Sequence record: NZ_CP019209.1
Origin: a plasmid
Strand: one strand, 5' to 3'
DNA: 64,000 nucleotides
The position numbers and the translations under genes are program-made. Positions within the stretch are counted from its first letter, which is position 1. Each line of letters begins with the position of its first letter. The notes beneath the pieces were generated by a model that saw nothing but the letters and a program-made list of their open reading frames with translations, did not search any database and was not told the DNA's origin. Positions 1 to 10,373 of the stretch are shown in pieces.

Positions 1-118
1 TATCTCAAAGAATTTGAATAATGGATATGATGCAAATCTTGTTTGTACTAACGTTGTATTGACAAAAAGGATTTTATTTAGTACAATGTTAGTACAAATG
101 ATGAACGGAGGTAGAATC

Positions 119-352
119 ATGTCTCAATCAACCATTACATTTAGGATTCCCGACGATGAAAAAGAACTGGTATTAGAATATGCAAAAGCACACAATTCTT
201 CATTGACCGAACTTTATCGAAATGCTGTACTGGATAAAATCGAAGATGAAATCGATCTACGGACTTTACGGAGTGCAATTGAAGTTTCCAAAGAGAAAAA
301 AGAGAGTGGTATTTCTCAAGAGGAAATGGAGAAACTGCTAAATGAATTATAA
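119..352 (+). CDS. RelB/DinJ-like type II antitoxin (ribbon-helix-helix)
   Basis: Small acidic protein MSQSTITFRIPDDEKELVLEYAKAHN... Its stop overlaps the downstream RelE-like toxin start by 11 bp, the usual toxin-antitoxin operon layout. The ORF track extends the start to 14; the internal ATG at 119 is preferred. Confidence 0.6.
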   Translation: MSQSTITFRIPDDEKELVLEYAKAHNSSLTELYRNAVLDKIEDEIDLRTLRSAIEVSKEKKESGISQEEMEKLLNEL

Positions 353-611
353 AGTCATCTACATGCCGCAAGCCCAGAAGCAATTAAAAAAAATGGACAG
401 AAACCAAGCTAAAATAATTGTCGCCTGGATCAGAAAGAATTTAGAAAACACGACTGACCCGCGTCAGCACGGAAAAGGTTTGACTGGAAATAAGAGTGGG
501 GAATGGCGCTATCGAATTGGAAACTATCGAATATTGGCTAATATTTGTGATTCTGAAATTGAAATCCAGATATTCTCAATTGGACATAGAAGTACAATAT
601 ATAAAAGATAA
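342..611 (+). CDS. RelE/ParE-family type II toxin
   Basis: 89-aa basic protein (…GEWRYRIGNYRILANICDSEIEIQIFSIGHR…), typical RelE/StbE length and C-terminal motif pattern. Its start overlaps the upstream antitoxin. Confidence 0.65.
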   Translation: MNYKVIYMPQAQKQLKKMDRNQAKIIVAWIRKNLENTTDPRQHGKGLTGNKSGEWRYRIGNYRILANICDSEIEIQIFSIGHRSTIYKR

Positions 612-723
612 CCGTTTTTGGAACGAAGTAGAGTTTCGAAAGTCAATGTATAATCTTTTGAATTTTGCATAATACCACAGGTAGAAACTACCCGATACTA
701 TCGGTTGGTTTCTGCTTTTTTAT

Positions 724-2216
724 GGCTCTTTGTCAAATAGGACTGATAGAGTGAGATAAGAACATCTAAGGTAGAATTCCTTTTCTACTTTAGATGTTTT
801 TTGATTCATAGGTAATCAGATTATTTAGTAAGAAAATTCTGGTCTTCATTTTCCGAAAGCTTCGAAAGCCATAAGCGACTCGTTTCAATGCTTTGATGTG
901 GGTATGCAGATTTTCTATTTTGGCATTTGAATAAGGCAATTCGAGGGCTAAACGAATGCCGGATTCATAGTTTATAAAAGCTTTTTTTATAGAATGCAGT
1001 TCTTTTGGAACGGAATTGGGCATCGTTCTTACAAGTTTAAAGAAAGTGTCCGCCTCTTTGTCGTGAAACGCTTGAAGAATTTCTTGATAGTAAAAATAGG
1101 CGATTCGTAATTCGTCAGAGATCGAAAGCAGACGATCCACCACTTCACTTTCGGTGAGATACGCCCAACCAAAATTGCGCCATTTGGTCCATTTGTCATA
1201 AACAAGCTTGTCCTGTCGTTTGATCAGAAGCCGAGACAACGCCTTTAATTGTCGATAATATTTGGCTTGTGTTGGATCGTTTCGATCAAAGCTTTTCATG
1301 ATTCGTACGCGAATATCCTCAAATTTACGAATGAGATGTTTGACAATGTGAAAACGATCCACAACGAGTTTTGCCTTTGGAAAACATTCCTTTATCAGAG
1401 AGGCATAAGAAACATTCATGTCCGTCACGATGACCTTTACCTTCAATCGTGCGCGTCGTTCAAATTGCATAAAATAAGAAACGAGAGCCTTTTTCTTCCG
1501 TGAAGGAAGAATATCCAGTAATTTTCCAGTATCGCCATCCATACAAGAAAAGGAGTAGGGACCGACTTGATTTTTCAGTGAACGAAATTCATCCATTAAT
1601 AAACAACGCGGTAACCAATTTCTTTTTACTTTTGTCATGGGGATCAGAGAAGCGAGTGTCCGAGAAACGGTCGACCAAGAAACGCCGCAATGCTTAGCAA
1701 TTGTCGTCATTGCTTGTTTTTCAGTTAGCTCTTCTAAAATTTTATAGCGCACTTGTTTAGCGATAAAGCAGTTTCTATCGACAATGTAGGTATTCGCCGT
1801 AAAATAGGTGTGGCAGCCACGACAGTGGTAGCGTTGTTTCGCTAAAGCAAGATAAGTCAGTTGGTTCGCACATTTATTAAGTTGAATGAGCGATTTTTTC
1901 TTTCCGTTCTTAACGATCATGCCTTCATGATTCATCTGTTTACACAAAGGACAGCGACGAATTTCTTTACTTAACGTCGCAGAAACAACAAGACTCTTGA
2001 TATTCTTAATGCTCTTCGATTCCACATTTGTGATGAAAATGTTTTTATCTTTGATTCCAAGTAGTAGTTTGATATGATGAAGATCAGGCATACAGAACGC
2101 TCCTTTGATTGTGTTGTGGTGATTCAATTCTAACGGAGCTTCTGTATGTTTTGTTTTTTCATGCTCAAAAGGGACCGATAGAATGATTTTCTATCAGTCC
2201 TAGAAATTATAGAGCC
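724..2216 (-). mobile_element. ISL3-family insertion sequence (about 1.49 kb)
   Basis: Terminal inverted repeats GGCTCTTTGTCAAATAGGACTGATAG (724-) and CTATCAGTCCTAGAAATTATAGAGCC (-2216) bracket one 445-aa ISL3-type transposase. Confidence 0.8.
790..2127 (-). CDS. ISL3-family DDE transposase
   Basis: 445 aa, with the N-terminal zinc-finger (CPLCK…HCRGCH) and central DDE region characteristic of ISL3 transposases. Confidence 0.85.
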   Translation of the reverse strand: MNHHNTIKGAFCMPDLHHIKLLLGIKDKNIFITNVESKSIKNIKSLVVSATLSKEIRRCPLCKQMNHEGMIVKNGKKKSLIQLNKCANQLTYLALAKQRYHCRGCHTYFTANTYIVDRNCFIAKQVRYKILEELTEKQAMTTIAKHCGVSWSTVSRTLASLIPMTKVKRNWLPRCLLMDEFRSLKNQVGPYSFSCMDGDTGKLLDILPSRKKKALVSYFMQFERRARLKVKVIVTDMNVSYASLIKECFPKAKLVVDRFHIVKHLIRKFEDIRVRIMKSFDRNDPTQAKYYRQLKALSRLLIKRQDKLVYDKWTKWRNFGWAYLTESEVVDRLLSISDELRIAYFYYQEILQAFHDKEADTFFKLVRTMPNSVPKELHSIKKAFINYESGIRLALELPYSNAKIENLHTHIKALKRVAYGFRSFRKMKTRIFLLNNLITYESKNI

Positions 2217-2316
2217 TTTTTTTGGTCTTGAAGAAGAAAAGTAAGCGCCCCATAGAACAGTACCTGTACGTCAAATAACCCGACCTATAGAATAGAATCG
2301 GGAATGTTTGGCGTTT

Positions 2317-3864
2317 TTAGTTACGAGAAAAATGTTGTTGTACATCCTTGTTCCAAGGCAACAGTTGATCTAAAGTTTCTGCTGAAAGTACGGGAAGATT
2401 TGGTATCTTATCAAATAGAAACTCTAGATACTTTACAGGATTCAATCCGTTAAGTTCTGCTGTTTTATATACACTCAGAATGATTCCTGAAGTTCGTGCT
2501 CCTTCAAGACTTGTGGAATGCAACCAATTTTTCCGTCCTATCACCAGCTCTTTGATATTTCGCTCCGCACGATTATTTGTGAGTTCTAAACGACCATCTT
2601 CAAAAATAGGTTCAAAACCACTTCGTAGTTTACACGCATATTGAACGGCTGCATCCAACTTGGATTTTGCAACAGGATCTATCGTTGCCATCCACTCATA
2701 AAAAGCAATAAATAATGGACGCAGTTCTTGTTGCCGACAGCTTAATCGCTTCTCAGGAGAAAAGTCTTTCCATTTCTTTTCTAGGACAAACCATTTATCC
2801 AATTGTTTGACTGCTTGAGCTGCGGGAATATCCGTGTTTTTCTTTCCTTTTGGAATTGCTTCGAAAAATTTCCGCCGAACATGCGCGAAACAATAGACAA
2901 GTCGTACACTTTCCACGGCATTATACCCGCTATAGCCGTCACAGTGTAAATACCCTGTAAACTCCTTGAGAAAAGTTTTCGGAACATCTCCAGCACGACT
3001 TTCGTCGTGGTGATAATAAACGATGGGATGCTGACTGTCTTTTCCTGTACAAAACTGCCAGTAATAGGTATCTGTTTTGGCACTTTCAATCACACGATAA
3101 CTTGTTTCATCCCCGTGTAGAATCTCTTCTTGATTAAGATAGACTCTTAATCGTTCTCCTAAAGGGTCTAACGCGTTTTGCACTGCTTTAATATGCCAAT
3201 TGGTGATATTATCTCTCGAAATATCCAACCCATGTGTTTGTTTCCAATAGTTCTCTTGCCGATAGGCAGGAACTTTCTGACCAAATTTCATCCGGATCGT
3301 TTCCGCCACTAAACTATTGGAACCTAAGCTATTAGAAATCAAAGGTTTAGGAACGATCGCTTTTTTAAAAGAAGAAAGTCCTTCTTTTTCGCAGCTTTTA
3401 CAACAATAGGTATGTTGATAATGGGTGAGACAATCCAACATAGCCTGATGGAAACGAATTTCTTCTCGTACTTTTGTCCGTCCGATATCTTTCATCTGTG
3501 AACCGCAATGTTCACAAAATTGTTCTTCCAAAGGAAGGAGATGTTCTTTCTCTGTTATAGGTAAGTGTTTGATTTTGTCTGCTTTCGTTCCTACAACTCG
3601 TTGATGTCCTTTTACTGGAATAATGGTGGCAGCTGCTTCTGGAACACTTACAGAAATTTCTTCATCACTAAAAAGATTCAATTGCCCATTCGTTTCCTCA
3701 AAGAGAGTCTCTTTAGAGCGTCCAAATAATTTGTTGGTTAAATAATTGACCTTTTCATTCAATAGTTGGATTTCAGTTGTAAGATTCTGAATGGTTTGTT
3801 GTTGTGCTTGATTGGTTTTATGGGCTTCTTGAAGCAACTGAAGCAACGTATCTGTAGTTTCCAA
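2317..3864 (-). CDS. IS66-family transposase TnpC
   Basis: 515 aa with an N-terminal coiled coil and zinc finger (CEHCG…CCKSCE), typical of IS66 TnpC. Confidence 0.85.
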   Translation of the reverse strand: METTDTLLQLLQEAHKTNQAQQQTIQNLTTEIQLLNEKVNYLTNKLFGRSKETLFEETNGQLNLFSDEEISVSVPEAAATIIPVKGHQRVVGTKADKIKHLPITEKEHLLPLEEQFCEHCGSQMKDIGRTKVREEIRFHQAMLDCLTHYQHTYCCKSCEKEGLSSFKKAIVPKPLISNSLGSNSLVAETIRMKFGQKVPAYRQENYWKQTHGLDISRDNITNWHIKAVQNALDPLGERLRVYLNQEEILHGDETSYRVIESAKTDTYYWQFCTGKDSQHPIVYYHHDESRAGDVPKTFLKEFTGYLHCDGYSGYNAVESVRLVYCFAHVRRKFFEAIPKGKKNTDIPAAQAVKQLDKWFVLEKKWKDFSPEKRLSCRQQELRPLFIAFYEWMATIDPVAKSKLDAAVQYACKLRSGFEPIFEDGRLELTNNRAERNIKELVIGRKNWLHSTSLEGARTSGIILSVYKTAELNGLNPVKYLEFLFDKIPNLPVLSAETLDQLLPWNKDVQQHFSRN

Positions 3865-3965
3865 AATTTTTCACCACCTTGAATCGAACTGATTTTGTTA
3901 CAGAATACCACAAGAAACGCACAAGAAATAGGGGTTCAACACATTTTTTGTGTTAACCCCCCAGC

Positions 3966-4319
3966 TTAAAAAACTCCTTTTTTTCCTGGCAAAATAGCTC
4001 GAGGTTGATCGATACTTAATCCTTCTAACAACCATCGAACCTGTTGGTTCGTTAAGGTTCGAACTTCGTCTTTCGTCCGAGGCCATTTTAACTTGCCGTT
4101 TTCTATCCGCTTATAACAGAGAAGAAAACCATCACCGTCCCAATAGAGAAGTTTGAAACGGTCTTGACGGTTCCCGCAAAATAAAAAAACGGCATCTTCG
4201 TAAAGCTCGAGTTGATACTCTTGTTGAATAAGACTGGCAAGACCATCAATTCCTTTTCGCAAATCTGTTTTTCCGCACACAATATAAATATGTTTGGTTT
4301 GAAGTAAATCATAAAGCAT
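3966..4319 (-). CDS. IS66 Orf2 (TnpB)
   Basis: 117 aa with the conserved IS66 Orf2 sequence (…YIVCGKTDLRKGIDGLA…LFCGNRQDRFKLLYWDGDGF…). Confidence 0.85.
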   Translation of the reverse strand: MLYDLLQTKHIYIVCGKTDLRKGIDGLASLIQQEYQLELYEDAVFLFCGNRQDRFKLLYWDGDGFLLCYKRIENGKLKWPRTKDEVRTLTNQQVRWLLEGLSIDQPRAILPGKKGVF

Positions 4320-4503
4320 TGGACAACAGTTCTTTCAAAATAGCTTGAAGAATATAATTGTTAATACCGTTATAGATCAAAACTTCAGAACCATTCTCTC
4401 TTTTGATGCGCATCGCTAACTTGGCAGCCGCGGGTTTACCTTTTTCTGGTGCACTCTTTTCGTTTCCTAATTGGACAGGAACAATCTCATTTAATTTATA
4501 CAT
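4309..4503 (-). CDS. IS66 Orf1 (TnpA) accessory protein
   Basis: Small ORF immediately upstream of tnpB, overlapping it, inside the IS66 inverted repeats. The start is taken at the internal Met (MYKLNEIV…). Confidence 0.55.
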   Translation of the reverse strand: MYKLNEIVPVQLGNEKSAPEKGKPAAAKLAMRIKRENGSEVLIYNGINNYILQAILKELLSNAL

Positions 4504-4581
4504 AGAAGACCTCCAGACTTCTTGATAGCTCAAGTATATCTTGAGGTGCATTTGTTAGTAAGGTACTGTTCTATGGGGCGC

Positions 4582-5874
4582 TTACGTTAAAAATGTTTTG
4601 CTATGACGAATCATAATTCGTAGTTTGAAATTGTAAAAGTTGCGAAAGCCGTACGCATTGCGTTTTAATACTTTGATGTGGTTGTTTAAGCATTCCAATG
4701 GTCCGTTTGAATAGCTGTAGTGAAGCGCATTTTGGATCTGTGGCAGAAACTTTTTAAACGTTCGTAAAGTGGTTGTATAGGTTTCTGGCAGACCGCTAAT
4801 GTCTCTAGTTAAACAATCCTCAAATAGTGACTGATCTCTTTTCTTTACCGCATAAAGAATGTCTTGGTATAACTGATAGCCTTGGCGTAAGTTGGGACAA
4901 GCAGCTAACAGTCGATCGGCAATCTCACTTTCAGTCAAATAATCTTTAAAACTGGCACGCCAAACCCGTTTTTCATAGTTTAACTTTGCTTCTTCTTTTT
5001 GTAGGAGTTTCCAATAGCGCTTCAATTTTTTCCCTAACCCTCGTTGAGAGTGGGAATTTCCTTTAAGTCGTACCGTGGTTTCTTTCACTCGATGATTCAA
5101 GAAAGTTCTGCCAATATGTTGGACGATGTGGAAACGATCGATGATCAACTGAGCATTCGGGAAAAGCTTTTTCACCAACGAAACATAAGGCGCATACATA
5201 TCAATAACAATCAATTGAACGGCTTCACGAGTCGCTAATGAAAACCGAGAAAAATAGCGTTCTAAATAAGGCAAGCGTCGATTTTCGACAATATCCAATA
5301 ATGCATGGCTTTGTCCGTCCATCATGATAAAACTCATTGCACTGGCAACACTTCGAACCGATTTGAATTCATCAAAGCATAAGACCTTTGGCAAAGTCTG
5401 TTTGAAAGGATTCAATGGGCGGTAGAATCGCTTCATGACACGATAGACCGAAGAAGTGGAAATATTTTTCTGACGAGCGATTTCCGTCATGGAAGTATTC
5501 TCTTTTAAGCGAGCAATGACAGACCAACGAACTTTTTGACTAATGAAACAGTGTTTTTCAGCAACAGAGGTATCCGCTACGAATGTTCTTTGGCAAGACT
5601 TACATTTAAATCGTTGTTTCTTCAGCTCCAGATAAGTGCGATACTCAGACACATCATTCAGTAACAACCGAACGGTTGTCGTCCCCCAACGAATGATCCT
5701 AGAGGGGACGACACAAAGACAATGGGAACACTCTTCTGGCTTGTACAGAAGAGTTCCTTTGTAAATCAAGCAAATTTGCCCTTTGTATTTTTCTTTAGTT
5801 AAACAATTTTCCTCGAAATAGATATTTAGGTCTAGAATATTTAGGGTATCTTTGATAAGCTGAGTATGAGACAT
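4582..5874 (-). CDS. ISL3-family transposase
   Basis: 430 aa with an N-terminal zinc finger (CSHC…CKSCQ) and the ISL3 transposase core. It is related to, but distinct from, the 790-2127 copy. Confidence 0.8.
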   Translation of the reverse strand: MSHTQLIKDTLNILDLNIYFEENCLTKEKYKGQICLIYKGTLLYKPEECSHCLCVVPSRIIRWGTTTVRLLLNDVSEYRTYLELKKQRFKCKSCQRTFVADTSVAEKHCFISQKVRWSVIARLKENTSMTEIARQKNISTSSVYRVMKRFYRPLNPFKQTLPKVLCFDEFKSVRSVASAMSFIMMDGQSHALLDIVENRRLPYLERYFSRFSLATREAVQLIVIDMYAPYVSLVKKLFPNAQLIIDRFHIVQHIGRTFLNHRVKETTVRLKGNSHSQRGLGKKLKRYWKLLQKEEAKLNYEKRVWRASFKDYLTESEIADRLLAACPNLRQGYQLYQDILYAVKKRDQSLFEDCLTRDISGLPETYTTTLRTFKKFLPQIQNALHYSYSNGPLECLNNHIKVLKRNAYGFRNFYNFKLRIMIRHSKTFLT

Positions 5875-5998
5875 CTTGAATCCTCCTATGAATTGGTAGC
5901 CAAATTAATTCTAAAGGATTTCAGGGTGTCTTTTCTATATTTTTTTTATACAAATAATTCACCAAAAAGGTGAGTAATGCCATTTTTGAAAATTGAGC
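4586..5998 (-). mobile_element. Second ISL3-family insertion sequence, abutting the IS66
   Basis: A 430-aa ISL3-type transposase sits directly after the IS66 right inverted repeat. Boundaries are approximate because the terminal repeats are imperfect. Confidence 0.55.
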
Positions 5999-6117
5999 TT
6001 GTTTTATGTCTACATCTGTATCCGTATATAATCCAAAGGATTATAAACTCAGAAGAGTCTTTATTTTTTCTGAATATAACTACTGTATCAAAAACAATCG
6101 ATTATGAGACAAAACAA

Positions 6118-6158
6118 AATGACCTCTTTTATTTAAGAAAGGAGGTCATTTTTTGTAT
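6118..6158. terminator. Bidirectional rho-independent terminator
   Basis: Hairpin AATGACCTC…GAGGTCATT followed by a T-run, with a T-run on the opposite strand as well. Confidence 0.4.
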
Positions 6159-6496
6159 CATAAATTGTATTAAAATCAATGTATCACTTTTTAATCAGTT
6201 TTAAGACCATAAATTGCGTACTAAAAGAAATTCTGCAATTCAAAATAAAGCATTTTAAGCCATTTTCAAATTTAAGTGCACCCATCTACCCGTCAAATCA
6301 CTTTATTTTCCACTCCAGTAGTTTCCTAATTCAACTGTGTGCAAAAACGATTTCTTCTAAACAAATCAAGACAAACTTATAAACCTTCATCCCAGCACCA
6401 TAATTATTTAAATCATAGGCATTTTTCGAAATTAGTATATGTACTCAAGTTTCACTGCAGATTATTTATATTTTTTAGAGAAATAAATTTTTCCTA

Positions 6497-6565
6497 TTGA
6501 CAAACACAAAGAAAGCGGATACAATGCAATTATGTCACATGACGTTATATGACGTTATGTGATAT
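6497..6565 (+). promoter_or_regulatory. Sigma-A-type promoter with tandem ATGACGTTAT operator-like repeats upstream of the frl-like operon
   Basis: TTGACA, a 17-bp spacer, then TACAAT. Immediately after comes TCACATGACGTTATATGACGTTATGTGA, a direct repeat embedded in a palindrome, about 70 bp upstream of the first gene. Confidence 0.4.
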
Positions 6566-6630
6566 CTTTACATTTAATCAGTTACTTTTATTTTGGATAA
6601 AATTAACATTTTTAAAATTTTAAGGAGGAA

Positions 6631-7605
6631 ATGTTGATGGATGTAGCAAAAACGGTTAACGCAATTGTAGAAAAAAATGATGGAGAGATTTCTGGAATTT
6701 ATTTGGTGGCTTGTGGCGGTTCGCTGGTAGATATGTATGTCTCAGATTATTTTCTTAAAGCCGAAGCATCGAAGTGTATTACAGGCTTATATACAGCGAA
6801 CGAATTTAACCATGTAACCCCAAAGCAATTAGATGATAAATCTGTTGTCATTCTATGTTCTCATGGAGGAAATACAGCAGAAACGGTAAAAGCAGGAGAA
6901 GTCGCTCAAGCTAGAGGAGCTGTGACTGTTGGTCTGACTCATAATAAAACTGCGGATTTATTAAAGGTTTCTGATCATAGTTTCCTTTACGAATGGGGAG
7001 ATGATGCAAAAATAGTCAATAATCCTATGGCCATCATTCTTGATTTAACTGTATCTTTGGTCAATGTTACCGAAACATTTGAACATTACGGTAAATTCAG
7101 AGAAGGCATGAAGGTTATCGATACCGTAATTGAAAATGGCATTAAGCAGGTGCAGGATCGTATTAAAGTGTTTGCTGATAAGTACAAAGATGAAACAATG
7201 TTTTATATCTTAGGTAGTGGACCATCATATGGACATGCTTATGGTTTTTCAATTTGCTCTTTGATGGAAATGCAATGGCTTGATTCAACTTCTGTTCATT
7301 CTGGAGAATTCTTCCATGGACCTTTTGAAGTAACAGACAAAGATACGAATTTTATTCTCTTGATGAGCATTGGACGCACTCGTGCTTTAGATGAACGGGC
7401 AAAACGATTCCTTGATAAATATGCAGAAAGAGTAGAAATCGTTGATGCAAAGGAACTAGGATTGGATATGATATCAGATGAAGTTTCTGAATTCTTCAAT
7501 CCCATTTTATTCTACAGTATTCTTTCAGAATATCGTTCAGCTTTAGCAGATGTACGCAATCATGATTTAGATGTTCGTCGCTATATGGGGAAAGTGGAGT
7601 ACTAG
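6631..7605 (+). CDS. Tandem-SIS-domain sugar-phosphate isomerase/deglycase (FrlB-like fructosamine-6-phosphate deglycase)
   Basis: 324 aa with two SIS domains. It lies in an operon with an FrlD-like kinase and a GntR/HutC regulator. Confidence 0.65.
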   Translation: MLMDVAKTVNAIVEKNDGEISGIYLVACGGSLVDMYVSDYFLKAEASKCITGLYTANEFNHVTPKQLDDKSVVILCSHGGNTAETVKAGEVAQARGAVTVGLTHNKTADLLKVSDHSFLYEWGDDAKIVNNPMAIILDLTVSLVNVTETFEHYGKFREGMKVIDTVIENGIKQVQDRIKVFADKYKDETMFYILGSGPSYGHAYGFSICSLMEMQWLDSTSVHSGEFFHGPFEVTDKDTNFILLMSIGRTRALDERAKRFLDKYAERVEIVDAKELGLDMISDEVSEFFNPILFYSILSEYRSALADVRNHDLDVRRYMGKVEY

Positions 7606-7616
7606 GAGGATTAAAA

Positions 7617-8431
7617 TGAAGGTATTAGGCTTAGGTGATAACGTCGTCGATAAATATGAAAATCTGGGAATTATGTATCCTGGAGGAAATTCATTGAATT
7701 TTGCAGTTTTTGCAAAAAAACTGGGACATGAAAGTAGCTTTATGGGAGTTTTTGGCTCAGATGAGGAGGCAGCTCATGTTTTATCAGCAATAAAAGAAAT
7801 AGGACTGGACAACAGTCACTCTCGCTTTGAAAAAGGCGAGAATGGCTGTGCCAGAGTGAAGATTGATGAGGGCGACCGGATTTTCCTTGGCAGCAATTCG
7901 GGAGGTGTTACTCGTGAATACCCGATTCAGCTTACTGAAGAAGACAGAGAATATTTAAACCAGTTTGAATTGATTCATATGGGATTATATAGCCATGTCA
8001 ATCATCTATTAGAAGAGTTACAAAATGTTTCTGGAAAGATTTCTTATGATTTTTCTGACGACTTTACGGAAGAAGAGGTTCAGCGGGCAATTGATAAAGT
8101 TGATTTTGGCTTCTTTTCTATAGAAGACTTTTCCGATGAAGAAGTAAAGCAGTTTTTGATGAAGCATTTTTGTGAGCGAAATGATGTATTGATTGCAACC
8201 CGAGGAGAAAAAACGGCTATTGGTTATGATGGAGCAAAGTTTTATGAAGTGAACCCCGTGCTAGAAGAACCAGTTGATACAATGGCAGCGGGAGATTCTT
8301 TCTTAACAGCTTTCCTACTTTATTTTCTCGAAGGGGACGATATAGTCACCGCGATGAAAAAGGGGAATGAATTTGCTGGGAAGTCTTGTCTGGTTGACGG
8401 TTCGTTCGGCTTTGGTATTCATTACGATTGA
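7617..8431 (+). CDS. PfkB-family sugar kinase (FrlD-like fructoselysine 6-kinase)
   Basis: Carries the motifs GLGDNVVDKY, YDFSDDF and DTMAAGDSF, which match the FrlD/ribokinase signature. Start taken at the internal MKVLGLGDN. Confidence 0.7.
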
Positions 8432-8498
8432 GCTTGTTTTAAATTCCTGCATTTGATAACCTAAAGAAAGAAATCCCGGTAAAGTGGAGGTTAAAAAA

Positions 8499-9209
8499 AT
8501 GCTGGATACAAATGCACAATTACCATTGTACTTACAATTAAAAGAAATATTAAAAAATAAAATCAATACAGGGGAGTATCCCGAGAATACGAAAATTCCC
8601 GCTGAATCAGAGCTGATAGAAAGTTATGAGGTCAGCCGAATCACAGTGAGAAAAGCAGTAGAAGAACTGGTAGAAGAAGGGTACCTACTTAAAAAACAAG
8701 GGAAAGGAACTTTTGTCAACCGGCATAAAGTTTTTCGTAAAATTGAATATATTATGGGTTTCAGTGAGAGTTGTAAATCTAATGGTTTTACACCGACTAG
8801 CATTGTTTTGGAACGCAAGATCATTCCAGCAACTGAAGGGATGGCAAAAAAACTCGATATCGCTCAAGGTGATGATGTTTTATATATCCAGAGAAAGCGA
8901 ATGGCGGATAACATCCCCATTATGTTAGAAAACAATTATTTTTCTTATGAAAGATATAGTTTCTTAATGGAGGAAGAGCTGACTGATTCTTTGTATGAAG
9001 TACTTAAAGTCCAAGGTACCTTAGCCATCAATCCTGGGGAAACTGCACTTGAAATTGTCACAGCTGATGACCAAATTGCCAAAATAATGGAAGTAGCTGT
9101 TGGGACGCCCTTTTTCTTTATGGATACTTTAATCAACGATCAAAACAACATACCAATTCATGTAGGTAATCAATATTACCTGGGAGAAGTATATCGTTTT
9201 TACTTATGA
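8499..9209 (+). CDS. GntR-family (HutC subfamily, UTRA effector domain) transcriptional regulator
   Basis: N-terminal winged HTH (…SESELIESYEVSRITVRKAVEEL…) and a C-terminal UTRA domain. The layout matches FrlR-type regulators. Confidence 0.75.
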   Translation: MLDTNAQLPLYLQLKEILKNKINTGEYPENTKIPAESELIESYEVSRITVRKAVEELVEEGYLLKKQGKGTFVNRHKVFRKIEYIMGFSESCKSNGFTPTSIVLERKIIPATEGMAKKLDIAQGDDVLYIQRKRMADNIPIMLENNYFSYERYSFLMEEELTDSLYEVLKVQGTLAINPGETALEIVTADDQIAKIMEVAVGTPFFFMDTLINDQNNIPIHVGNQYYLGEVYRFYL

Positions 9210-9244
9210 TTTCCTGTTTGGATTTCAAGGAGTAGATTTTATTT

Positions 9245-10373
9245 ATGAAGCAAATATTGCGGTCAAAAATGATTTTTGATGGAGAGCAGCCACCTTTCAA
9301 AGGTTATATTGTAATCAATGAAGGGATCATTGAAAAGGTGGAAAACAACTGGAATTACAGTGATCTATTAAATGAAAACACGGAATTAATTGCTTATGAT
9401 GATCAATTCGTTATGCCAGCAATTCATGATAATCATGTATTTTTCAGTGGTTATTTGGCTATGAATGCTGGCATAGATTTAAGCGATACATCTTCAGCTA
9501 ACGAGGCTGTAGAGCGTATTAAAGCTGTAATGAACCATAAAAAAGCAGATGAACCAATTTATGCTCATGGCTGGGATGCTGCCCTGTGGAAAACTGACCC
9601 ATCAGAAGAGCTATTGAATGAAATAAACCACTTTGGTCCAATCACAGCGATCGACAAAAATCGCAGCCATTGTTGGATGAATGCTATTGCTAAGCAGACT
9701 TATGGTTTTACAGAAAAAGAAACCAGTGCTGAAAGTCGAGTATTATTAATTAAGGAAATGCTAGCAAACAAAAAGCTTTTAGCAGAGGTTTACGCTGAAT
9801 TTGAAGCATTACTGCTTTCAAAAGGTGTTATATCAATGAAAGAAATCGTTTTTGATGACGCAGAATTTCTTTCTAATATACCTCAGAGGAAAATACTTAG
9901 TAACCTATATGTGCAGGCAGTCCAAGAACCTCTACAGCATGAACTTCTATATGAGTATAAGGAAAAAGTTTTCCCTGAAAAGGTCCGCTTTGGTGGAGTG
10001 AAGATCATGGTAGATGGTGTTGTTGCGGATAGAAGTGGAGATATTTACGGTGTTTATCAGTCAGGAGTAGCTTCACCCGAGATTGACTATGAGGCAATTA
10101 AAGCAGAAGTTGCTGCATTCAATGAAGTAGAGATTCCTTGCTGTTTGACAACGGAAGGAGATAAAGCGGGTTATAAAGCTGCGTCAATTCTTGTCGAATT
10201 TGGAAAGCGGTTACCTGAAGGCGTTTTTAATTCGATTAGTGATTTGGAAATGGTTACTCAAAAGACAGCAGAAAAAATGAACGAAGGACAAGTAGTAGCA
10301 GAGGTATATCCACAAATTCTCGGCTTGAATCAAACGTTAGAAGAGGCTTACATGTCAACTGTTATAAAAAATG
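9245..10373 (+). pseudogene. Amidohydrolase (Amidohydro_3/YtcJ-like), 5' part, interrupted by an IS256-family insertion
   Basis: The amidohydrolase ORF runs in frame to …STVIKN, stops at the IS left end, and resumes in frame after the IS at 11840. Confidence 0.7.

Larger units (their letters stand above)
2244..4585 (-). mobile_element. IS66-family insertion sequence (tnpA-tnpB-tnpC)
   Basis: A perfect 23-bp inverted repeat, GTAAGCGCCCCATAGAACAGTAC at 2244 and its reverse complement at 4563-4585, encloses the three-ORF IS66 organisation. Confidence 0.8.

Noticed and set aside
2781-3089. 102-aa ORF inside the IS66 tnpC region, plus many 60-90-aa ORFs antisense to or overlapping well-supported genes (for example 7296-7505, 8624-8824, 12454-12699, 30164-30394, 53417-53722)
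   Set aside because: These sit in alternative frames of strongly supported coding sequences. They have no ribosome-binding site and low-complexity or atypical composition, and are likely spurious.
6000-6480. AT-rich 480-bp gap upstream of the frl-like operon, scanned for riboswitch, small RNA or small protein genes
   Set aside because: Only a terminator hairpin and a promoter with direct repeats were recognisable. The small ORFs there (60-75 aa) are low-complexity and lack ribosome-binding sites. An FMN (RFN) riboswitch consensus was also looked for upstream of the ApbE operon and not found.
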